DNA from: Octopus vulgaris
Taxonomy: Eukaryota
DNA: 64,000 nt
NCBI GenBank assembly: GCA_951406725.2
Contig: OX597815.1
Location: 26,846,001 to 26,910,000 of the forward strand
Direction: 5' to 3'
The position numbers and the translations under genes were made by a program. Under the pieces are notes generated by a model. That model was given only the letters and a program-made list of their open reading frames with translations. It searched no databases and was not told the origin of the DNA. Below are positions 53,721 to 64,000 of the stretch, piece after piece. The stretch's first letter is position 1; each line of letters begins with the position of its first letter.

Positions 53721-55084
53721 TAAATAAATCTAATATACAACAATAAAAAAAAAGTATGTATTATAATTAACACAAGCATGTTATAAATAACAAACAAATT
53801 GAAGCAAATCTCTTTTTGGTTAAAACCTATTTGATAAGTAAATTTTTTCAGCATTTGATATGATTACATTTTATGGACAAATATCAACCTGTTTAAGTTA
53901 ATACATAAGAATGGTGGAATGTGTTTGGCAAAAATCTGAAAAAAATGTGAAAAGAAAATATTCAGTGTGTCATGGACAAATGTCTAGCACTTTTAAACCT
54001 GTTTCCAAACAATTATTGTGATGTATTCTTTCATCTGATAGCACATACAAAAATAAATTTAATGGAAAATTCAAAACGAGGAGCTATCACATCTTAAAAT
54101 ACATACACAAATAAATAAATAAACTGTTATGATGGCATTCGTGTATAATGGACATTATTGATCTGGCATTGCTAATGTTATTGATTCATAAAATAATGAC
54201 ATACTCATAAATAAAATATTTATTTTTCAATTATTCATCTCATACAATGTTCTGGTAATAGGAAGATCAGAGCCATATATTCACTGTGCCATATATACAC
54301 TTTCGTTTTGTAATATTTCCACTGTGCAATTTCATCATTCAAAATGTCAGACAGCATCTCATCTTTAGTTTCAATATTGGTCTCCATTATAAATATGACC
54401 ATAACCACCAACTCATTTTAAAATACTAATGGACATAGTCAAAAAGTAAAAAAAAAAAAATTCCTTATATATGTTAGCGTATGTATATATAGATGTATGT
54501 ATTTATGCTTCTATGTGTGTGAGTATGTATGTATCTATATGTGTATATTCGTATGTATGTATGTATGTATGTATGTATGTATGTATGTATGTATGTATGT
54601 ATGTATGCATGTCATTATTCAGTTTTATTTCTTAAGATTTCTTGCCAATTGAGAAAGAATCAATTTCTAACCTAGATCCAAGGCTGCTTCATTGGAATGT
54701 CAGCATCAACAAGGTATGTATGTATGTATGTATGTATGTATGTATGTATGTATGTATGTATGTATGTATGTATGTATGTATGTGTATGCATGTATGCATG
54801 TATGTATGTGTGTCTGTATCTGTGTGCATGTGTGTATGTGAGTATGTATGTATATATTACAGTTCTATATTTAAAAGATGAGGAATTATGTACATTATTT
54901 ACATTATTTACAATTGATGGATATTTGTCCTCATCTTGTTTGTTGTTAACACAACGTTTTGGCTGATTATGAAGTTCTGGTTGTCAGTTTGGAAAGTTCA
55001 GTTTCTCCCAGCTGGATTTTTAAAAAATAATTTTAGAGCTCCCAGCATCCTTGTTTGACTTTAGGGTGGTTTCTGCAGGAATTT

Positions 55085-55660
55085 TATCCAGACTCCATCT
55101 TCTCTTTATTCCTTAACATAATGGCCTGAAATTGCAGTCTCTGATTGTCATTGCGATGGTGAAGGAGACCGTTCATCTTCTCACTTACCTCATTGACTTT
55201 GACTCCCAGAACTAGAAGCAATGAAGATGAAGCGATTATGTTTATTTCTTCCTTGGCAATACAAGAAGTTTCAACTGATAGTGCTGTTGCTGTTGAGTGA
55301 ACGGTATTCGTCCCAGAGCTCGCAAGATGGGAGAAGTCTGAAACGTGGTCCTTTGCTATTCGTAAGACCCACAGAAGAGAAAGCAGGTCAACTCCCGACA
55401 CCGAGAGCATCGACGGATGGATGAATGCGCATCCAAGCTCAGCAGTTGCATAGGAAGTTGGGGAAAAGAAACAGGAAGAAAGAATGAGAGAAAGTTGGGG
55501 CAAAAGAGTACAACAGGGGTCGCCACCACCCCTGCCGGAGCCTCGTGGAGCTTTAGGTGTTTTCGCTTAATAAACACACACAGCGCCCGGTCTGGGAATC
55601 GAAACCGCGATCCTCCAACCGCGAGTCCGCTGCCTTAACCACTGGGCCATTGCACCTCCA
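55085..55660 (-). mobile_element. tRNA-derived SINE family C
   Basis: Minus-strand head tggaggtgcaatggcccagtggttaaggcagcggactcgcggttggaggatcgcggtttcgattccc (A box and B box) followed by a GC-rich body. Confidence 0.7.
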
Positions 55661-56049
55661 CTGCTGTTGCTGTTGCAGCCATGATTGTCTACAGCGATAT
55701 ACTTCCTACTCTTTACTCTTTACAACAGATTCTTATGTTGTTCAGTTTCCCACACATATAGAAAAGGAGCTTTCTTCCTGTACTTCACTGCTTCTATTAT
55801 GACTGTAACTCCTAGAATAACTTTTCCTCTTTGGGAGCCATCAATATCTAGAAATCCATGCAGACTCCACTTGATCACTAGCTATTATTGGTCACCTCTA
55901 TGCTCATGATCTGTTTATACCTTTATAGGAACAAAGGTAATTGATAGACAAAGGCCCATGGTCTTGGCTATGATGTTTCTCCTGCCCATGTATTGTGGAA
56001 TTATCTTATAGGCAGGTATATCTTCTTAACTCATGTTCAAGTGTGCACA

Positions 56050-56509
56050 TGTAGTGACACTATTGTGGAAGTTTCAGCGCACATGCGCAGAATTGGATTA
56101 CTTCCGGTAGGCTGCCAGAAGTTCCCTCATGTGCATGCACAGGAACTGCAACCTGAAAGTGTTACCACTAAATTGGTCTCTTTTGGAAGAGCAGCGCTAA
56201 CGAGCGGACGTGGCTAAGACTTCTCTCAGGGAAAACCCTACGCACAGAGAAGCTCTCACTTTGAAGCGGGAACAAACACCGTATCCTCTTGGCTCGCCCA
56301 AGTGAACATTTGTAAACAGTCCTGTGGACTTGGCTGCCGATTTGCCCATAAGAAATATATATGTATATATTTTACCTGTGAACCCGAAGAATAAACTACT
56401 ATTTATTGTTATTGAAGACAGCTGGATTTTGGTTCCTTTTCTTTGACTTGTATGTGACGAGATAAGACCAGACACCCCTCCAGTGTTCCTGAACTCTCAT
56501 CTTGTTACA
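56050..56509 (+). mobile_element. Solo LTR (Gypsy-type)
   Basis: TGTA...TACA termini, 4-bp target site duplication CACA (56046-56049 and 56510-56513), internal TATA-like tract and AATAAA. Confidence 0.75.
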
Positions 56510-56646
56510 CACATTACCACATGTGCATACACTAACATGAATATAAGAACTTGCTTATATATAAAAAAAACACACAAACCTAAGCTTAAACATACACGAA
56601 CTCTTTCAAATATATTTACATAAAAAGAGAAGAAACTTTCACTTAC

Positions 56647-56694
56647 CTCTTTATTTGTGATATCAAAGCCACACATTTCATTTCTTAAATCACC
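56647..56694 (-). CDS. Tetraspanin (TspanC8-like) internal exon, large extracellular loop
   Basis: ttttactttag|GDLRNEMCGFDITNKE|gtaagt. 48 nt, phase 0 to 0. Resembles the N..CG[YF]D motif of TSPAN5/14/15/17/33-type proteins. Confidence 0.8.
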
Positions 56695-59600
56695 CTAAAG
56701 TAAAAGATGATATCAAATTAAAAATATCTAATAGGAAATATCAAGTAAAAGCTATCAAATGGTAGCTATTTTATACATGTAATTTAAATTTTTCCTAGGT
56801 CTTTATCCTAAATTTTATACTAAGATAATTTCAGTTACTGTGGGTTTTCTTGACATAGATTAGAAAAGAAAAATTATCAATCTTTGAAATGACCCTTTTA
56901 TATCAAAGTTTATTAGTCCTAATTGACAAAAAGTACCTTTGACAGCAGGATTTGTACTCTGTATAGCAAATACAAATTCAAGACTATTTCAAATAGAAAT
57001 AAGTTGAAACAACAATGGCCTCTCCTCCCTGATATGTTTATTCTATGCCACCTCAGATGAGACTACTACTGTCTATAAACCAATTTTAATTTTATGCTTC
57101 ACTTTCCAATCTTTAAATAAAACATTTTATCCAATAACCTCAATTCCCTGATCTGTATTCCACTGTCCTCTTCGATGCACATTTCTACTCTAACCTCAAT
57201 AACACATAACAATTCCATTTTAATACTTACTACACTAAGTTCACTCAGTTACTGCTATTTCCAGTCAATAAAAGTCTGTAGATATTGGTCCCTCACCCAC
57301 TGATTATTTCTTTTACTTTAAACACTAAAGCCGTTAACAAATAGTTAAATAAGAAGAACATATAATATACAATATGGAACATATCATTTTTAAAGTGTAG
57401 ACAACCACAGTAAGAATCAAATGTCTTTTAGTGGTGTATATGGCTCCCAAGATTTGTAATGAACTCAAGTTATACAAAATTAAGCAAATAAAGAAATAGT
57501 TTTCTGTTCAATAGATTTGGATAGTTCTTGTTCAGAAGAAATGTTATATTATTCAGATGAACTGAAGAATTTAGAATAATTCCTCTGCAGCCAAGAACGT
57601 TTGTTATAAAACAATCTATAACAAGAGTATTCAGAGAGTGCAAACCTCTGCCAACACAACACCAACGTTCTCTCAACAATTAGCCAGAGATGATTTTTAA
57701 AATGAGAATATGAGATAAAATCCTTCAATGAATATCATGAGACCTGTTGGTCTTTTTCTTCTCTTAAATTCTGGTCTTCCTTTAGTAATCCTGTTGTTTT
57801 AGATTGATGGATAGAATTATGTATATATGTAAGTATATTGTAAAGTGTTAAGTGTTAAAATGTATGTATAATCTCTTAATATAATAATGAGAGCATTGTC
57901 TTTTTATATATTTGTATAAGTGTATATATATATATATATATATAGGGAAAGTTTATGAAAAAAAAAACAAAAGACGAAGACAGGTGGTGTACAAAACAAA
58001 CAGATGTATTAGTATAGCGCTCAGGAATAGAAAAAGTCTTTTACGTTTCGAGCCTACGCTCTTCTACAGAAAGGTACATAGAAAAAACAAGGAGAGAAAA
58101 ATATATGTATAGTGGCTAATGATCTATCATGGCGTCTGACTCGGACATATATATATGTAAACAGAGTTAGCAGTTATAGTAACCGACTAACGGATAAAAT
58201 ATCCGTATATACTATCAGTATCCGTTAGCTGTATTATTCCTGGGCAATAGTGTGCAGGTACACCATACACATAGAGTGCAGATAACAACAGGATAAGCAA
58301 GAGTTTATCAGGAACCAATGCAAATAATTAGAAAATGGAGAAAACCACAGATTAACCAACACATCAGTTGGACCACATTTATCGCTTATTTTTTAATACA
58401 AAGCATGACATAACAAAATAGGTAATGTAACATATGTTAGGGCCATTACCGATCAGATTGCCAAAATGCATAATATATAAAATAGAGCTGGAGTGAGAGG
58501 TGAAGTTAGAGGAGATAAATGGCAAAAAGAGCATCGTATGAATGAGAAAAGAAGGGGTGATAGATGAATAACGAAGGAAGGAGTGTAAAAGCCGATAAAT
58601 GGCATTTGTAGTGTGAATATATGTGTGTAAATGAAAGGTATGTTTGTGCATGCACATGTGTGTGTATGTCTCTTTGCATTCATGTATGGCCCCACTCCCA
58701 TCACTGCTTGACAGCTGGTATTTATGTGTTTACGTCTTTGTAACTTAGCAGGTCGGCAAAAGAGACTGATAAAATAAGTACCAAGCTTTAAAAGAATTAG
58801 TTTTTGTGGTCTAACTTCTTGACTAAACTTCTTCAAGATGGTGCTCCAGTATGGCCACATTATAATGACTGAAACAATTAAAAGATAAAGATGACATGAA
58901 AGACTGAAAAACCATTGCAATGTCTGAACTCAGAAATGTGAGACGCTAAACTGAGTACCACAAATTATGTAATCTATCTCAGAGTCCATATCTATCACTT
59001 TCATGACTGGCAGAAACACATGAAAATAACCATTAATTAATCAGCAAATACCTTTTACTCACATAAAATTATCTATAACACAAATGATACAGACACAGAA
59101 GGATTTAAACTGGAAGCTCAAATGTAACAGCTACTCATACAATACAGAAATAAATAAAGAATAGAGAGAAAAATAAAGCAAAGACAAAAAAAAAAAGATT
59201 TGAAACTAAATGGCTTAAATAAAATTTTAGCTTTGTTTAAACCAATATAATACAGACAAAATATTACAGGTGATTATGGAAATGAAAGATCAGAAACTCT
59301 TTTCAGTCTTTAATTATTCTATGAGATTCCTTTAATCTTATCAGATTTCAAGTTATATGCTCAATTATGGATGTCAAGAATTAAAGCTGCGATTTGTTTA
59401 TTGTATTTCTTCTTTTCATACTATTTTCAATTTTACTCTTGATTAATGTCAATTATCTATAATTCTATTATCACAAGTGGTAGTCTTCAGATTAATAAAG
59501 TATTCTTTTGCTAAGAACTCTTTTTTAAAGACATTGGTACCAACCAATACAAAAATGTTAAAATACATAAGTTAGATTTTTTTTTAAATTAATTTTTTTT

Positions 59601-60206
59601 ACAATTCTTTTTTTATTGAATTTTAGTATTTTAGTTTTTATTATCAGTCAATTTACCAAAACTAATAGAAGTAGAATCACAACTTAAGTAATCTCACACA
59701 CACATATAAACACATACATATGAACACACATAAACACATGTGGACACATGTAGAAGATAGAAAACAGTCAATAATGTCTATGACTATTGTCTGTTAATGA
59801 GCTGCAAAGCAAAGATGACTTTGAAGTCCAGTTGATGATTTGCAACTATTACATAAATGTCTCTTCTCAGTTAAATGCAATGCAGAATCAGGAAATTAGC
59901 ATTATGAACAAAATATACCTTGTCAGACCACTACTAGCAAAACAATGTTTATTTCATGATCAACAGACATTTGTCCATGCATATGGCAATAGTCTATCAT
60001 AATAATATTCAAGCAAACCTATGATCAAATGGTTTTCTGGCTATAGCTATCCCTACATCATTTAATGTGCCACTGCTTTTTTAAAAAAATGATGTCATGT
60101 TATTTGAGTGAACTGTGGCTGCTATGTCTAGCAGATCATATGACTATCTATAGGTCCATGTGTTGACAGTCTATTTTGGATATGTGGTGTGAATTCCTAA
60201 TGGCAC

Positions 60207-60251
<45 letters not shown>

Positions 60252-60320
60252 CAACGATGACGACAACAATGGCGATGGCAGCGATGGTGACGATGGTGAT
60301 GGCGATGGCGATGACAGAGA
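60207..60320. repeat. (GAT)n / (GAC,GGC) compound trinucleotide repeat
   Basis: Direct reading; explains the poly-Met and poly-Ile ORFs. Confidence 0.9.
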
Positions 60321-61169
60321 TGAGGCAGAAGAGGAGACCAGATAACCAGATGTGTGTCTGTGTGTAAGTTAAGAGTAATTGTTCATTGAATAGTGATATA
60401 TTTCCTATTTCAAAATATAGCTGGATCATTATTGGCTATTACTTTAAAATAAATATGTAAACATATACCTTCTAGCTACAACTAAATAGCAACCATGTTG
60501 ACAGCATGTAATCAGATTTGTACTTATGATATTTTGGAAATATGTAAACAAAACCTCCCAAAAAATCAATCAAGTAATTATCTAGTAATTAAATAAAGAA
60601 CAACTCTGTTAAACAGAAAAATCAATCATGTTGACAATATGTAAATAGATCTGCATATTTAGCATTATTAAAACATGTTGGCAAAACAAAAAAATCAATC
60701 AAGCAATTATCCAGTGAATGGATAATAAGTCACCAGATGGTTTTATCTGCAAAATTACTTAAGAAAGTTTCGTTCATAAATGACTAAATATATGTAGAAA
60801 ATTAATTTCCCTGAAAGATGAAACATCTGAAAATCATTATGAAAGAAATAAAATTTGATTGCTATGATTGATCTATACAGTTGCATTTCCCAAATGAGGT
60901 CCAAGTAACTCCATCATTCCTTGAAAAATTTCTGGTGTTGGGGAAGAGGCCCCACAAGACAGGGTGCTCTTTGATAAAATTTAGTAAAAAATTATTTGTT
61001 TTAGAAATTGTAATTATATAAAGGTGTGATGGTAATATTTGGTCGATGAGGACTTTGAGTATGTCCATCTCACATTTTTCTTATATTTTTCTTATATGCT
61101 TGTATTGATGAGTTGTGTCTCATCTTCCGTGATTTTATGCATGTATATTCTATTATATTCTATAAGCAC

Positions 61170-63773
61170 TCATTTTATGCACAAAGTTGATCACACAACA
61201 ATGTGGATGCATCCAAGGTCTAAAGTTTGGCACTTGCTGGATTATGTCATCATCCACAAGCATGACATCTATGACATTTGTAATGTCAAGTCCTTTCCTA
61301 GATCAGAATGCTGGACAGACCACAGTGTGGTGCAAGCAAAGTTCTGGCTGATGATTAGAGTAAAAGAGAGAAGAGGACCAGCTGGCATTCCTTGGCATCT
61401 GAATGTTCACAAGATATATGATGCTGTGTTGAGGAAAGAGCTCCAGACTCGCTTGTCCAGCATTGAAAATACTACAGTATGGGAAGATTTTCGAGACCAG
61501 GTTCTTTAATGTGCTGCTGAAACACTGGGATATGCTACTGCCAGACACAGAGATTGATTTGATTAAAACAATGCTGAAGTTTAGCAACTATTGATTATAA
61601 AGTACCATGCCTACAATGTATTGCTGCAGAGAAGACGTTCAGCTGTTCAGCGAAATCTATCACTTGCCCACTGTAGCAGTGTAAAATCACTACTGCAGCA
61701 ATCACTCAGGAAGATGCAGAACACTTGGTGGGAGGATCTTGCTCATGATGTTCAGGCTGCTGCTGATGCAGATGACAGCAAGAAGCTTTACCATCTTATG
61801 AAGCTAGTTCATGGGCCTAAGAGCTCTGCATCAGCTCCTTTGCTTTCCAAGGAGTCTTTTACTCTATTTACTAAATCAACAGAAATCACAGGTCACTGGA
61901 TTGAACACTTCTCTGAACTCTTAAACCATGGATGAAACAGTGATTGATACTATGCAACAAAGATCTATCACTGGCTCCTTAATAGATGAGGCAATGACAA
62001 TAATAAATAAATTAAATCTTGGTAGGGCACCTGGAAGGTTTGGAATTTGTGCTGAGGTCTTTCAATTCGGTGGTGATTACATCATACAGTCCCTTCATGA
62101 ACTTATTACTGTAGTCTGGAGGGATGGTGCAATGCCTAAGGATTGGAAGGATGCAATTATTCTTCCTCTCTATAAAGGAAATGGAGCCAGAATATTGTGT
62201 GGCAACTACAGAAGTATTGCTCTACTATCAGCTGCTGGCAAGGTTCTGGCAAATATTCTTCTTACCCACCTGAATGGATGTCTCGTAAATGATGTCCTAT
62301 CTGAATCTCAATGTGGCTTCCAATCTGGTAGAGGGACAATGGATACGATTTTCACAGCAAGACAGATGCAGGAGAAGTGCTATGAGCAGAATATGGATCT
62401 GTCCAGATATTCGTTGATTTAACCAAGGCCTTTGATACTGTGAATAGGGCCTTGCTATGGAAAATACTTGGCAAACTTGGATGTCTGGATCACTTTGCAT
62501 CTATAATTAAATCAGTTCATGATGGAATGGTGGCTTGGGTCAATGTTGGTGGTGGTATGACAGGATCCATTCCTGTAGAGGATGGTGTCAAACAGGTGAC
62601 ATTCTTGCCCCAACTCTCTTTTCTTGGTACTTTGCTGCTGCTTTTACTCATGCTTTTGCTGAGATTAGCTCTCTGGGAATATATGTCAGGTATCAATCTT
62701 CTGGCCACCTCTTTAATCTGCGCCAATTTTCTGCCAATTCAAAAGTTTTGAAGTCTCTTATTCATGACCTCCTTTATGAGTGACTTAGTCACTCATACAG
62801 TGGATGACATGCAAATACTTATGAATCCTATTTCTGCTTCTTACAAGGCATTTGGACTCAGCATTAGCCTGGACAAGACTGTTGTAATGTTCCAGCCTGC
62901 ACTAAGAAATCCATATGTGGAACCAGCTATCTTGGATGAAGGAACAATTCTGAAAGTGGTAGACAAGTTTGTCTACCTGGGCAGCACACTCAGCCGTTCT
63001 TGCTGCCTGGATGATGAAATCTCTTTCAGGCTGCAGAGAGCAACTGGTTCCTTCCAGTCTCTTGAGTCTCATGTCTGGCCCCACATGGCATCACAAGGCA
63101 AACAAAAATTACTGTGTACTATGCATGTGGACTGACATCGCTCTTTTACTCATGTGAGACATGGACCCTTTACAAACGTCATGTAAAGGTCCTTGAATGC
63201 TTCCATCAGAGATGACTTAGACACATTCCGAATGTTGGTTGGACCTTAAAAACTCCAGACACACAGGTCTTAAGGAAAGCTGATATCTTAAGTATTGAGG
63301 CAATAGTGCACAAGCACTGGTTATGTTGGACTGGACACCTCATTAGAATGAAGGATATCAAGATCCCTAAACAAATGCTATATGGGGAACTTGTTAGTGG
63401 AAAGGGACCCCAGCAGAAACCAAGGCTGTGATTTAAAGACTGTGTCAAGTCCTCATTAAAGGCCTGTGATATGCAGTAGACAGACTGGGAGAGCAGTGCC
63501 TGTCATCACCACAGATGGCAGGAGCAGGTTAAAGAGGGGGTTGACACCTTTGAGAGGGCATGTAATCTTCATGAAAAATTTAAGTGTGCTGCAGGAAAGT
63601 GCACTGCTAGCATAGTGAATGGGGAAAGTTTGGTTTGCAATGTATACTTGTCAAGAGCAGGGCTCATTAGCCACCAACTGATCCACAAATGCAAAATATA
63701 AGTTAGTCCTAGAGCGCACAATGTTCCTAAAGATCAGCAATGGTCTTCCATGGTCATGAGTAGACGGCCATCA
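61170..63773 (+). mobile_element. Degenerate RTE-clade LINE (endonuclease C-terminus, RT and 3' end)
   Basis: Broken ORFs with MWMHPRSKVWHLLDYVI, WTDH, PKDWKDAIILPLYKG, GNYRSIALLS, ESQCGFQSGRGTMDTIFTARQMQEKCYEQ and FVYLGS. Many stops and frameshifts; ends next to a (TATG)n tract. Confidence 0.92.
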
Positions 63774-64000
63774 TGTATGTATGCATGTATGTATGTAGGT
63801 GCGTATGTGTGTGTGTATGTATGTATGTATGTATATATGTGTGTACATATGTGTGTATGTATGTATCCTTATTGTTTTAACATTCACTTTTCCATGGTTG
63901 CATGGGTCAAATAGAATTTATTAAGATAGATTTTCTACACCAAGGTGCTCTTCCTGTCACTAATCTTCACTTGTTTACAAGGACAATGATATTTTCCTAT

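Noticed and set aside
55580-55660. tRNA gene
   Set aside because: It has A/B boxes but is the head of a SINE; I could not fold a complete cloverleaf.
60148-60429. Poly-Ile / poly-Met membrane-like ORFs
   Set aside because: They are produced by the (GAT)n microsatellite.
57000-61100. Further upstream tetraspanin exons (CCG / PxSCC motifs)
   Set aside because: I found no splice-bounded frame with these motifs by eye.

Overview
AT-rich, repeat-dense animal genomic DNA. The SINE families and microsatellite load look cephalopod, probably Octopus (my inference from recognising the repeats). The + strand carries a complete 7-coding-exon DEAF1 gene (4822-27483, 460 aa) with a SAND/KDWK domain, NLS and coiled coil but no visible C-terminal MYND finger. 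The - strand carries the last three coding exons of a TspanC8-like tetraspanin (56694-51344). The rest is tRNA-derived SINEs, CR1/L2-like and RTE LINE remnants, Gypsy pol fragments and a solo LTR, mariner/pogo/hAT/piggyBac MITEs, Helitron-like elements and microsatellites. The most unusual signals are: many long fold-back palindromes (several in DEAF1 introns); hammerhead-ribozyme-like motifs in short elements sitting inside (TA)n tracts; a DEAF1-consensus-like palindrome in the DEAF1 promoter; and a candidate divergent spliced non-coding transcript. Exon coordinates were read by hand from splice sites; repeat boundaries are approximate.
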